Assembly (NCBI RefSeq): GCF_001194135.2
Contig: NC_068983.1
Span: 61,158,136-61,222,135, forward strand
Origin: Octopus bimaculoides
Lineage: Eukaryota
Length of the DNA: 64,000 nucleotides
Direction of reading: 5' to 3'
Below the pieces are notes generated by a model. It searched no databases. It had not been told where the DNA came from and saw only the letters and a program-made list of their open reading frames with translations. Shown here piece by piece: positions 48,383 to 61,869 of this stretch. Each line of letters begins with the position of its first letter. Within the stretch, counting starts at the first letter, position 1. The translations under genes and the position numbers were made by a program.

Positions 48383-50079
48383 TGTTATTTATAAATTTGG
48401 GTGTTTTGGGAGAAAGTATTTTTGTAGCTGAATGTGTTCTGCTGCAAAAATCTTAACCCAGTAACTCATTAACCTCGCCACATCCAATGGTAAAGTACAA
48501 AACATTTGTTTGAACAATATTCAAATTACCAAAATTGTAATAAAGCCTTTGTTAGAATCAGGGGATGAATTTTGTTAAAAAAAATGAAGAGAAAATATAA
48601 GATAGTAAAAAAGAAAAGAAGCTGGGAAGGGAAAACAAATATGCTAATTAAAATTTTGTTGTGCAAATATTTGATAATTTTCATAAATTGTTATTATTGA
48701 ATAATAATATTGAATATTGGCTGAAATTTGGCAAAAGAGGTGATGGTAGCTAAAAATATAAGTAAATTATATGAACAAAATAATAACTGAATAATATAAA
48801 TTTTTGTGATAAAAAGGGAAATTTATCAAATATAGTATAACAATAATAGTTTCCAATATATATAGTGATAAGATATCTTGATTATTTGTTAAATATAAAT
48901 CAGAAGGCTTTCAATAAATTTATAAATTCTACTGATCCAAAACACATTCTATTATTGCAAACAATGTCAATAAAAGTCATTGTTGAAATATAATTGATGT
49001 TTAAGAATGAGACTTGATAATTGGTTATTTGTATTTTATTATGAATGAATGTTGTTAATAAGGTAGTTTTTTTGTGTTGATCAACTCAAGTTTCTGTGAC
49101 AAGAACAGAAATTGTTTTGATGGTCTAGACCTGTAGTGAAGATTGTTGACAGGTGTTGGGTAAAATCTCTTGTGGTGGTTGTTAGTAAGTTATATTGAAG
49201 TAGGTGACTTAATGTTAAGTAGTTGGACAAAGTCTGTGACATGACTAAAATTGACAGCTGTTATATAAGTATTCACTATACTCAATAATACCACAATGTG
49301 CTCTAATGGTGACACATGTTTATTACTGAAAATTTTAAAACTACAATCAAGGAAGTACATTATGCTGTGAAGTTAGGTTTTGGACTTACAGTTATTGTAA
49401 GTCAACTAGATTTGCTTGTTCCAGTTTTCTTGACTCAACAAAGGACAACTTTCATATTAGAGTTGAGAAATTAGCAATAAATTCAGCTGTTTTTGTGTTT
49501 TTATGTGTTGTGTTTATCTGAGCTGAGTGGAAGTGTTTTTTGTAGATAATGTTTTATTTGTTAATGTTTAGCCCAGCCACCCATCGTTTCTGATTGAGCA
49601 GACCTATGATCAAAAGCATTCCAACTGTGACTATCCTACCTTGATTTAGATACAGTCTGAGATCACATTGTCCAGTCTGTTCTTCTCTTTTTCCAGATAG
49701 TAGGGTGTAAGTTAGGGTGAAGTTCACTGTTTCTGGCAGGTCAAATGGCTACATAAGGACTCTTTTGTTGATTAAGGGTGTTGTAGGTGTGTCTGTCTGT
49801 TTTGGGGGTAGAGATTAGGAGGGTTAGACAGTGTTCCTTATAATTTTGCTGTGTTATGCAGGTTGTTTGCAGATGTGTTCTGTGTATAATCTGTAATGAT
49901 GCAGACTGCATTGGTTTGTGTACTTTGTAGTTTGATGTGGAGAGATTGGTTGCCCAAGTAAGACTGGCATTATCCTTGATGCATTGAATGTATTGTTAGC
50001 TTGCTACTGTTCTGATGTCTTTATGTTAGCCACAAAGTATCTTTGTGCAATTTCCATATTATATGTACTGTGTACAATT

Positions 50080-50354
50080 GCCAGTGCCGCTGGACTGGCT
50101 CTTGTGTGGGTGGCATGTAAAATACACTATTTTGAGCGTAGCCATTGCCAGTTACCGCCTGACTGGCCTTCGTGCCAGTGGCACGTAAAAGCACCCACTA
50201 CACTCTCGGAGTGGTTGGCGTTAGGAAGGGCATCCAGCTGTAGAAACTCTGCCAAATCAGATTGGAGCCTGGTGTAGCCATCTGGTTCACCAGTCCTCAG
50301 TCAAATCGTCCAACCCATGCTAGCATGGAAAGCGGACGTTAAACGACGATGATG
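50080..50354 (+). mobile_element. RTE 3' UTR/tail copy (young)
   Basis: Tail ccatgctagcatggaaagcggacgttaaacgacgatgat. Confidence 0.85.
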
Positions 50355-50809
50355 TATGGCACGCAATGCAAAGTATTTTCTTCTTTTTTTATGTATATAT
50401 TAATGTCAATGGGATTGATATTTGGATTGTATTTGATGTTTTTTTAGTTTTTTTTATGAGAGGAGAGATTTGGTAAGTGCTTTGGATCCAAGTTTCTAGG
50501 TGATTGATGTATGGTTTATGTTTTATGATGTGACTAGTGTAAGAATATGACTGGTATCATTTGGGTATGATTTGTAGGTGTGCAAGCAAGTCGTTCACAT
50601 AGAAGTTAAAAAGTAGATGAGAAGACAGATCCTGGTAGTTGTTAATGTATATCTTTATATCACCTCCATGCTACTGTATATCTACTCTAGACCTACTGTG
50701 TACGTAGTGTATATCTACTATCCATCTGCTGTAAACATGTACATCTACTGCACAACTTTTGTATACCAAGTGTACATACTGTATATTTAGAGTATATTTA
50801 CTTTATGTC

Positions 50810-50867
<58 letters not shown>

Positions 50868-51419
50868 TGTATATCTACATAGTCTTGTGTTTTATATAAA
50901 AAATATGTCTATTTGCAAATTCTTTGCAGCTATTCTGTTTTATTGTAATAAGGATTAGTGACACACTTATATATTTATATATTTAAGATAACAAGCATAC
51001 ATTTAACTAAGTGTCTTATAAACTATGTCACTGATCTGTTCATAGTCATTCTACTTCACTTATGTTACCAATGTTTCAGATAAAGGTTTGCAGACATTAC
51101 TTTGTCTTACTTCATTTTTACTTTTTGAAAAAAGCATGAATACCACAGTTTCTCATTTCTCTTTCTCTGAAATATAGTCAACATGTTTTTATGCCTCTGT
51201 CAAAGATGTATATTGCTGTTTTTAATTTTGATACTGCTACTGCTGCTGCTTTAATGATTCAAAGTTCAGTTTTATCATAGAGAGGACAGGATTGCTTGAA
51301 AAGCCCCTAGTATATTGCAGGTACAAATTTTATTGAGCCTCATTTTCTCTCTAAAGGGGGATGAAGATCAATGAAAATGATTCATTCTATTAATCAAAAA
51401 GTAAATAATGTCTCATTCA

Positions 51420-51640
51420 TCATCATGATCATCATCATTGTTTAACATCCACTTACCATGCTGGCATGGGTTGGATGGTTTGACATGGAGCCGGCTGGCA
51501 GGGAGCTCTCCAAACTCAAGCTGTCTGTTGAGGCATAGTTTCTATGGCTGGATGCTCCTCCTAATACTAACCGCTTAAAGTGTGCTGGGTGCTTTTTATG
51601 TGCCACTGGCATGGGTGTTTTTATGCAGCACTGACACGGT
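51420..51640 (-). mobile_element. RTE 3' UTR/tail copy (old)
   Basis: (CAT)n-gtttaacatccacttaccatgctggcatgggttgg. Confidence 0.7.
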
Positions 51641-52159
51641 TGCGTTAACGTTTGTGGCAAGCTTTCTTCAATAAGCACAAGTTGCAGTATTTATACTTTT
51701 CCAAACATAATGTCAACCGTTTGATTTGACTACAGATAAGTTACCCAAAGTTACAGCTCAATTAATTTTCATTCAGCTCCTCATTACATTAACTAACCTT
51801 TTACTTAGATACTCCACACTTTGGATCATATGTTTGTTCTACTACTTATATTGTCACGCCCCTTGGTAGAGATGTTTAGATTTACTGGTTCTGTCTGTAA
51901 GTGCAATCCCTAATATGTGATAATGGAACTGTTGCTTTTCATCTTCTTTTCTGTGTTATTTTTACTTAAAGTTTTTCAGTTTTGATTCTTGACTTTCTTG
52001 CTGACCTACAAACATTTTTAGGTCAATGTTAAAAAAATTGAATATTTAACTATTTCTGAAATGGCAAATTATTCAGTCTGCAGGGAACATGAATTTCAAT
52101 TTAGTTTTACTGAATTCTACAAAATATACATACATATATGTGACAGAACTTGTTAGCTT

Positions 52160-53317
52160 TGGTAGCAGTCTGTCTAGGAGAAGGAACACTCTGATTTAAA
52201 AATTAGGGTAGATAGGACTCCTTAGTCACCTTGGTCACAACCTGTCACTGACAGGTTGTCACCAAGCTTCTTCCTTGAGATGAAGATGAAAGAACTACAA
52301 ACTAGGAGCTAGCTTCTGAGTAGTGGTCAGATGAGGATACAGGCCCAACTGATGTCATCTGTTTTCCAGTGAGAATCATGAACATCATATGAATAGTAAT
52401 GACAATATATATTTATTGTTGTTGTTGTTTATTAGGTGTTATTGAAGCCTGAGCAATTTTCATCTTGAGTGCTCCTGAGCCACTAGCCCTGCATCCAGAC
52501 AGCCTTTTCCATACGTGGCATTAATATGCACTGGAGTCTTGGCTATTTGAACGAGAGAGTGTGTAAGGTGACACAAGCCCATACCACTTAAAACAAATTC
52601 ATTGTGAAGGTAGTTTGAAGGCAAGTTGAAAGTCCTATGGTGATGGAATATAGCAATGAGAACAAGAAAAGGGTGTTACTGGAAGTTCCTAGCCAGAATC
52701 TCACACATAGGCAGTACAGAGGCTGATGACTGACTCATTGTAAAATTCAAAGCACTTGTATCCTCCTTTGTGTGTCAAGCAGTCCTATCGACGTGTAGCA
52801 CTGATTCCCTGATATGGGAGGCGGAGTGAGAAAAGGAACACTAAAAAAACAAAGCGTTGTCATTAATAAGTTTGGAAGTTGAAAGCAGCTATACATATTT
52901 TTGGAATGGAAAGCTGGCAGATGAGCTAATAATTCATGTTGTTGGTTTTTCCATTAAATCGACTTTATTTTACAAGTTGCCATCTATCCCTCAAACTGTG
53001 GATGATTGTCTCATGACATTTTGTATACCCATAGGTAATTCCTCATTTATGCACATTCTCAGAGCATATGCACCTTCTTTATCAGCAACCAAACAAGAAC
53101 ATAACTCTCAAGTTGCTGAGAGTTGTCAGTAAAATTCCAGATCATGACAATGTCATATTGATAGACAAATTTAATGCCAGAATAGATAAAAAACACACGG
53201 TGTAATCAAAAGTAATAGGGAAATATCGAACAGGAAAGATGAATGTAAGAAGTTTATGACTGTTGTTTTTTTGTTGAAAATTTGGTTTAACACTTACAAA
53301 CACAATGTTTCAGCAGG
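52160..53317 (+). mobile_element. RTE (BovB-like) 5' region and APE endonuclease fragment
   Basis: SSYTYFWNGK..HVVGFSIK..LMTFCIPI..AYAP..LIDKFNARI..IGKY..TNTMFQQ; 5' boundary is approximate. Confidence 0.6.
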
Positions 53318-53319
53318 TA

Positions 53320-53770
53320 TCAGGTCATTCCATAAGTTCTGTCCGAATTTTGAATAAAGAAAACAAGTGATCAAATGTTATATTTGATTAAAATTTAACC
53401 ATCACTGTACCTTCCCTGATTATCTATGACTTCCTTCCATCTATTTACAACCGTTTTAGTCCCATCAATGTAAAACTCTTTTGGTTTCAGAGCGAAGAAC
53501 TCTGAAATGTCACTTTCGACCTCCTCCTGGCTTGCGAAAGTTATGTCCCCCAAATGATTCTGTAAACTACGAAACAAATGGTAGTCTGAAGGAGCAAGTT
53601 CAGGAGAATAAGGTGGATGAAGAATTTTTTCCCGACCAAGCTCTTCGATCTTCTGTGATGTTGTCTTTGCAGTGTGGGGTTGCACATTGCCTACATTGAT
53701 CTGCATGGCATAGAATGTGTTGTGAAGCATCAAAACAATTTGAATTGAAGAAACAGAACAATAACAGAAA
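53320..53770 (-). mobile_element. Internally deleted mariner
   Basis: PHTAKTTSQKIEELGREKILHPPYSPELAPSDYHLFRSL; TIR TA-tcaggtcattccataagtt. Confidence 0.88.
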
Positions 53771-54209
53771 TTATATACTGCAATCAACAGACACAATCAG
53801 AATCATCAGTGTCCCCATTGTGACTTCATAGCAAAATCTAATCCTGGACTCAAATTACATTCATGCATCTATCACAAATAGATGCAGCTTCTTTTGTTCT
53901 TTTATCTTTAAAAGTAGTTGTCTCTTTTACTCACTTTTTTTTTCTTTAAATCCTCTCCTTGAAATACTCATACGTTGAAATCAATGGGAGTGACCATCAT
54001 CATCATTATACCATTTTCATTGTGTCATTTGTTATTCCATGCTGATCTGTGTCTTGGTCCTTATTGCTGCATCCTTTTTCTATTATTTCCCCACTCATTT
54101 GTTCTCTTCAACCAGTAATCTGCAACTGTTGAATCAGTAGCCATATTACAATCATACTCTCAGACTATCTAAAAAATATCTTCTTATGCTATTATCTAAT
54201 GGTATTTAA

Positions 54210-54425
54210 TCCTTTATCATTTCAACTGGCCATATCCAGCCCAAATATTCTGTTTTAAGTTCAAACTGACCAGATCTGGCCTCTCACCTATCCTACAATG
54301 TCATTCTGAAAATCAAAAAGTACAGCATCAAAATCTTGAAGCTATGAGATAATGCATGATTAATTCAAAACTATGTGAATAAATAAGCCTCAGATTTGAC
54401 AGTAATCTGAAAGCTAATAGCTAAT
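54210..54425. mobile_element. piggyBac-like MITE copy
   Basis: ttaa-tcctttatcatttcaactggccatatccagcccaaatattc... body shared with 58979. Confidence 0.6.
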
Positions 54426-55223
54426 GTTAGTTTGAGGTGTCAACTGAGCTAATGAAATACTTCTGTGATCATTTAGTGTCCTCCTTGTAAGATTGCATAA
54501 TAGCAATCAATATTTAGCTGATATTGTCCACTTTTTAACCGAATTATATTTTCTCCTGATATCTCAGAAATATACCAGGGAAAGAATGTTGGCAAATGGA
54601 CAAAATGATATCTTGTCTAGGACAATTTGTTTGGACACAAAGCTGAAAGAATACCAGTAGACATTTGATATTGGCATTTGATATCCAGCTAGTTATCTTG
54701 TTACATGTTATATTGGTTAAATATATTACATGCTTATATATATATATATATAACAAATTAAAAGGGTGGCTTATTAGCAGTTAGAACTTACCCTTTGTCA
54801 GTCATTAAGTATTGTGCTTTAGTGGCTTTGGAGTTAATTTAACTCTTATTTTAGCATAAGCAGTGCTAGTCACCAACTTCTACACCCTTTATGCTTCCAC
54901 CAATGGGTTCCCACAATGACAAAGACACATAAGTATGGCAAGACCAAAGTTCTGCTTCCTAGATACCTGTGGCACTTCAACAGAAGATGCAGATGTACAG
55001 GTGACTGGAAAATTGAAGCTGGTCACCTGTATTACGTCCTCCCTTGTCACAGTATTTCATTGTTGCAGAGTTGTTTTATACTCTGACTGTTGCAACAAAA
55101 GGTCCACCATCTGTTTGTAATTTGAAAAAGTGTGAGTTATGACTTGCCTTCTGTCACAAGAGAGGGAGGAAGAAAAAGAGAGAGAGAGTGAATAAGTGAA
55201 AAGAGAGAGAGAGAGAGAGAGAT

Positions 55224-55271
<48 letters not shown>

Positions 55272-56559
55272 TTTGTGCAAAATATACCAATACATCAAAT
55301 TTTTATAGTGACAGATGATTGTGTAAAACAAGTTGACTTTCCTGAGGTCAGATGTTCTTTTTATCTTGCATGCTGGCCACAATGATTCTAATTTCAAGTG
55401 ATTTCTTGTGACTGATGAACCTCAATGTACACCATCATACTCTTATCATAAATCTTCTTGGTGCAATAATTAAGTCTCCTTTGCATAAAATATCATCTTC
55501 AGCTAACTTATTTTTCAATGACTTAAATGACCATTCAACAACAAAGCAACTACTCTAATTATTAAAGGTAATTTTAATATACCAGATAAAATATTTTAAT
55601 CAAACAAGTTTTGCTTGATTAAAATAATCCAGATAATAAATGACTGTAAATTTTTGAAGTTATTTATTATTATTCATGTTCTTATGCTTTCTTATCCAGC
55701 ATTCATTGCTTTTGGGATATTTGTGTGAATTAGTGAAATTTTAATTTGAAATTCTATGAGATTACAAAAGAATGCAATGACTTACTTAATGAAGTCATAT
55801 TTGACCTTGACATATCATCTGTCATGTTTCTGCTTAAAGATAACACAATGCTCCATTCATATTCAAACTGCAATGATTTTTTTGTGAAAATGTGTTTAAA
55901 ATTTAAGCAGTGTTTCTGGTATAGATATATTATTTCTAAGAAAAATCACCTAGTACCTCACCTTTAACAATTCCTTGTGAGCTCACAAAGACTGTACCAC
56001 AACCACCACCGTTACCACTAAGGGGTCACTATCACACAGGTTAAGAGTCACTGTGACAAAGCATCAGACATGTGATGTTTTAAATCTTTTTACATAAGAT
56101 AGTCATAATCAAATAGTCATTAGTGAAGCCCTTCTTAAAAAGAACAAAACAGATAGATGTTAATTTCAGTAAACCACAAGTGTTTGCTAAAATTCAAATC
56201 TTGTGTCTTGTAATCTGAGACCAATTTTAATTATCAACCTAACATAAGTTATTATCATGAAATTCACTGGTTTTGTCAGATGCTAATGTTTTCTGAGCAT
56301 CATTTAAAAAAAAAACTCAGTTCTTAATATTTGCCTAACTGTATCTGCTTCTTTATTCATGATTCTCATTACTTCTGGCTACCCAGAATATATATCAGTA
56401 ACCAAGTTGTTGATACAAGTATTATGCACATGCACACATATCCATGCAGTCACCAAGGCTTTCCTCTCAATATTTGAATATTTTGTTTCACTTGTGGCTT
56501 ATGCTCTTGACAAATATTCAGAGTGACTGTGTTGTGAAATCATTTTTAATGTAACCTTT

Positions 56560-57030
56560 GCACTGGCACCAGTTGTCACGGTAACCCTTTTTTACAACAT
56601 TGTAAATCAGGATCACTGGCTGTGATATTAACATCAGTTCCATGCCATCAAATGACTTTTTTTTTCATGGTATTTGGGCTCTCCATGATAACATTTAAGA
56701 AGTGATGCAAGGGGTAATATGCAGTCTGAATAATGACCAATATATCTCCAACAGAAATTGACAAGTCCAAGAAAAGATTCTAATTGCTTCTTATCCTTCA
56801 GTGGTTTTATACCCATAATTCTCACTATTAAGCAGTGGTCTGGTGATAAACACTCTGTTCTCAGCCATCTATATCTTCCAAAATTATTATTCATCAGTCT
56901 GTTATGCAGACTTAGTTCCATTGATCACCAAACCTGACGATTCCAACCATTTTATGGTATTTTTTATCTACCTTAACATATAGATTTTCTACATATTTTG
57001 CACCAATATATATACATCAGCTTCATAAAT
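56560..57030 (-). mobile_element. Gypsy-like pol (RT/RNase H connection) fragment
   Basis: KPLKDKKQLESFLGLVNFCWRYIGHYSDCILPLASLLK; VTVTTGASA (TDAS-like). Confidence 0.75.
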
Positions 57031-57228
57031 AAAACATTAGTAATGTTATTTCCAGCATGTTTAACTGCTCTTTGAAACCTGGTGCTAGCTGTTTTAGTTC
57101 CTTATGGAGTACACACCCATCTTAATAGACCCATTGCAGCATATGTTTCTACACTCCTCTTGGGTATGAACTTATGTCTTTGTTCATAAGTTTCTTTTAA
57201 ATCCCATTTGATAAAATAATTTATTCCA

Positions 57229-57320
57229 GAGAGAGAGAGAGGGGGGGATAGAGAGAGAGAGGGAGAGGAGGGAAAGGGATAGAGAGAGAGGGAGAGAGAG
57301 AGAGAGGTGGGAGAGAGAAT
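57229..57320. repeat. Pure purine (GA/GGA) tract
   Basis: agagagagagagggggggatagagag... Confidence 0.9.
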
Positions 57321-58978
57321 GAGATATCAATTCCCTATTTGGATTTGGGAATTATTATTAGTCTCCACATATTCCGAGATCTCCATCTAGCTTTCATACA
57401 ACCACTAAAAGAGAGATTCATTTATAGCTTCCCAGTGGAACTATTTTTTTAAAGGTCCTGCATTAATTAGTTTTCTCTGTCTTGTTATGACTAATGGTTT
57501 AATGTGTATTGGTAATGCCCTTGCCTCAAAATAATATTGTAATATATCTTTTGAGAACAGTGTTAATGTTAATCCTAAACAACCTCTTGTCCTGTACTTT
57601 TAGCGCATGACTTAATATTGAACTATCAACATTTTTTCACATTCATTCCATAAACCATTATTTTTTTATACATTCAGTAACATTCCTAATATCTGTTCTA
57701 TTTCCGGTTTTCATTACTACATCAAATTTTCCAAAACTTTTTGTACGATGCATCAAGTTATTTTACTTTAGTTTAAGGTCATCATTTTTAAACTTTGGTT
57801 TATTTAAATACTGAGTTGAGGAAAAAGTTTGTGTGCTTTGTTAAAATAATGATTTTTTTAATGCAATAATTTGTTCAAAAACAACAACTATTCTTCAAAA
57901 TAAAGACCATCATTTTCTACGACCTTCTGCCAATGATCTGCAAGCTTTCAGATTTGGTCAAAGTACCAATCCTTTGACTTTTAATAAAAAAAAAACCTCA
58001 TTTGCTTATTGACAATAGTGTCCAAAAGTTTTTTCTTTTCATTCTTGCTGTAGTAGCAAAGTATCACAGCCAAGTGTCTCTCATATCTGAGTCACACAAT
58101 GGAAGTCTGTTGCTTCACTGGTGAACTATTGCTGTGTCAAACAGACTCAGTTTATCCAGTTAAAGCTGTAGTCACATGTGATCCCTTACATTCAGAAGTT
58201 TTACTCAGTTGAATAGCCAAACTCTCTGACACTGAGTTGTTAGCCACTTTAAAAAAAGTCTATATCACATGTAAGCAAATAGTTGAACTTTACAATAGTA
58301 TTAGCAAAATAATCATATTGTATCTCCTAGAAGTGAATTGGTTTATTTTAAAGAATTGTTTATAATATTATTTATAATGTTTGCTCCTGTATCAGTTTTG
58401 AAATCACAATAAGTGACAAGTCACTCTCTGAATTGAATGCAATAAGTTAATAATATATAACATTTCCTAACAGAAGGTGGACTAAGGCATCATAGAATAA
58501 AGTGTTTTGGACAGAAACACACTAAAATATCTGCAATGGATCCAATTTCACAGCTTATGAACAAGCAGATTGATATCTTATTTACCCAGCCTATGAACAC
58601 ATACTGCTATTACTTTATCTACTTAAATTATGAGCATGTTGGCTAATAGCTTATCAATCTGTTAAATAAGATATGTACTCAAATCTCAGTTAGCCAAACA
58701 TCAGTTATTTGAATGTCAGATTATCCAAACAAAATTTCAAAATCCTGTGATTACTTAATTAACCAAACTGTATATAAACCAAACTTGAGAAAACACTGGT
58801 ACTACAACTTCAGCTTTTATTTACAAATTGTTAAATGTGAATTCCAAGAACATGTAAAAATGTTATACCAAAAAGTGTTACCTATACTGATGTCATAATT
58901 GCATCTTTTGTTTATAGTCACCAAAAGTACCATGTGTCTAAAACTGTCCACTAGTTGGGTCTCAGTATGTTAATTTAA

Positions 58979-59183
58979 CACTTTAGCATTTAAATTGGTC
59001 TTATCTGCCAAAATATCCTACTTGTTTTATGTCCAAATCAGCAAGATCTAGCCTCTTATACCTATTCTATATCATCCTTCAAATAAACAATCACATCATT
59101 GAAATCCCATAGCTGTGAGATAACACATGATTAACTGAAAACAATGCCAGTAGACAAGCATTACATTTGACACAGCTAAAGGG
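58979..59183. mobile_element. piggyBac-like MITE with intact TTAA TSDs
   Basis: TTAA at 58975-58978, cactttagc...gctaaaggg, TTAA at 59184-59187. Confidence 0.75.
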
Positions 59184-59499
59184 TTAAACAATGTTGAAAT
59201 GTATTACAAGTATTTGTGTTTGTTGGTGATACCATACCTGTGAAGAGAAAGTGAACATTATTGACAACTGAAAACAGAAAAGTGAAATTTTATGAGGGTT
59301 TTTTATTGTGGTGAAAAAACATCAAAGGTTTCATGATGGTACAATATTTTATTGATTATTGATTGAATGACATAAAAACTCTGTAAAAGCTCTACTAATC
59401 TTACAAACAAATAGTCCAGTACCTTCTTTAAAAAGGCTTTGAGTAATTAATTATTTTCAGTATGGCTTCTTTTGTTTATGATGAGATCAGTTAACCAGA

Positions 59500-59737
59500 C
59501 ATCATCATTATCATTATCAATATCAGCATCATTGTTTTTATGTCCACTTTTCCATGCTTGCATGGGTCAGAGAGTATTTGTTGAGGTGGATTTTCTATAG
59601 CTGGATGCCCTTCCTGTCGCCGACCCTCACCTGTTTCCAAGTAAGGTAATATTCCCTGTGGCCAGACATTGTTTTTGTAGGAGATTGGAATTGAAGGACA
59701 CTGCTTGCATGACAGCATTGTTCATGACATCAAATCA

Positions 59738-59780
<43 letters not shown>

Positions 59781-59947
59781 ACATATACATGATGGGATTC
59801 TTTCAGCTTCTGCCTTCCAAAATCTGCTCACAAGGTTTTGGTTGGCCCAGGGCTATAGTAGAAGACACTTGCCCAAAGTGCTATGCAATGAGACTGAACT
59901 TGAATCTATGTGGTTGGAAAGCGAACTTCTTACCACACTGTCATGCT
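59500..59947 (-). mobile_element. tRNA-headed SINE with internal (CA)n and RTE-type tail
   Basis: Tail ccatgcaagcatggaaaagtggacataaaaac-(GAT); head gtgtggtaagaagttcgctttccaaccac.. Confidence 0.75.
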
Positions 59948-61289
59948 TGTGTCTATATCCCTAAATAATTTGAACGAAAATATTTGCTCTTTGCTTTGCT
60001 CAGAAAATTGAAGTCTAACTGTAAGTAGATTTAGAGATTTGTTATAGACATAGCAGGCTTTTTAATGTTTGGTAACCCAGTGACCATGTTAAGACATTTT
60101 CATATAATTTAAAGAAAAGGTATGCTGAGGTTTTTTTTTTTGGCCTTTACTATATCCATAAATGATAAAAGTTCCGAATCTTAAGTTAACACTTGTTAGT
60201 TATTCATTGACAATAGTATCTGCTGTCATGGGTTGTATAGCCCCCTAGTATCATCAATTCGCAGCTGTGAACTATTCTATTCTGGATAAATTGCCATTGG
60301 TAGCAGAGCAGCTTAATTTCTGGTTGGTAACAGACAATAGCACTATATTGACATTTATCATAATATTTGAAATATATATATATTTATAAAAGAGAATGTA
60401 ATTGCTATAATAGCTGTTATTGCTTTTATTTTGTTGCTGATACCAAAGCATTGCTAGCTTCCTTAAACTGTGTTATTTTTTCCCCCACTACGTAATTGTG
60501 TTTGGCTAATTAAAGAAGAACTTACTACTATAATGAGGAACATCAGATTATAAAATTAATACTTATTACTATTAATGTTGCTACACATGATTGTGTGACA
60601 AGTTTGTTAGAACAACACTTGTGAAAATTTGGGTTTCACAGAAGACAAAAGAGAATAATCTGGTGCACATACACTTATTTGCTCTTTCAGCAGAACCCCC
60701 TTAAAACAGAAAATTTCAGCAATCAGTTCTAATTGTTCTCCTAAGCCTCACCATTCAGTGAGCAACATTGAACAAACAAATATAAGTATTGAACTGTTGT
60801 GTAACCACAAGTCAGTCTTGATCAACCACATCTATAACATGTAGCTGTCAGTCAAATGATCAAGGAATGATCCATATATCTATAACTCCAGATATAACAT
60901 ACCTCTGGCTGGTTGAGAACCACGCTACAGATTCAATCATACTATTACAACTGTAGATAATGCCAGTTTGTCAGTTATACATGCCAATGAGGGAGACTAT
61001 ATAGTTGCTTGTCTTGCTAGAAATGACAACCAAATTTTCCTCAAAGCACATTACCTTTTTGAAAAGGAAAATCTCATCAATGTAGTCTTTGATATACAAT
61101 GTCTGAAAAAGATCAAAACATAAGGATGGTCATGATTGGAATGTCTTTGATTATAAGTTTATCTTCTATAACAAGACTGCTTTGGGGCTAAGCTACAAAT
61201 GCATGTACCTTGTTTATTTCAAGATTGAGGGCCTAGCAGTAGGAAGGATATTCATATATAAAAACAATTGCACTTATAGACAAAATATT

Positions 61290-61500
61290 GATTCCAAATT
61301 TTGGCACAAGCCCAGCAATTTCAGGGATGAGGGCAGGTCAATTATATTGACCCCAGTGTTCAAGTGGTACTTATTTTAACGACCTTCCCACCAAAAGGAT
61401 GAAAGACAAAATAAACCTTGAGGGAATTTGAACAAAAATGGACAAAATGTTGCTAAGCATTTTGCCTGGCATGCTACTGATTCTGCCATCTCACTTCTTT
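61290..61500 (-). mobile_element. Degenerate CORE-type SINE
   Basis: aaaggatgaaagac..ggaatttgaac..gctaagcattttgcctggcatgcta..ctgcca. Confidence 0.6.
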
Positions 61501-61658
61501 TCACTTAAAATATAAAAATAATAATCCAGCTATGCTAGTATAAGAATATGTGACATAAGAAAATTAAACAAATATTTCTCTCCTTAATTGTTGTTGTGTG
61601 AACCTTTGTGGAAGATGTTTTTTAATCAAAATATTGTTTATCTTATTTTTCATACCAG

Positions 61659-61821
61659 GTTCACCAAGAATCTATCACCTGACAAAATCAGTTTGAGTGC
61701 TCTTCGAGGTGAAGGAGAACTTGCTAATCTAGAGCTAGATGAGACTGTGTTGATGGATATCCTTGAACTTCCTACCTGGCTCAAATTGTCCAAAGCTATT
61801 TGTAACAGGGTGGCCATAAAG
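61659..61821 (+). CDS. BLTP3: BLTP3 coding exon 2 (N-terminal chorein-like region)
   Basis: tcttatttttcataccag acceptor; (R)FTKNLSPDKISLSALRGEGELANLELDETVLMDILELPTWLKLSKAICNRVAIK; donor gtgagt at 61822. Confidence 0.93.
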
Positions 61822-61869
61822 GTGAGTCATTTTCATAGATTTTTAAAAAATATTTTACCTGATTCAGTC

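Noticed and set aside
47733-48431. 232-aa plus-strand ORF
   Set aside because: Antisense shadow of the RTE RT frame
17050-55420. Other CTGATGA heptamers (about 17055, 21895, 25887, 28210, 52720, 55410) as hammerheads
   Set aside because: No flanking stem II plus GAAA plus stem I arrangement
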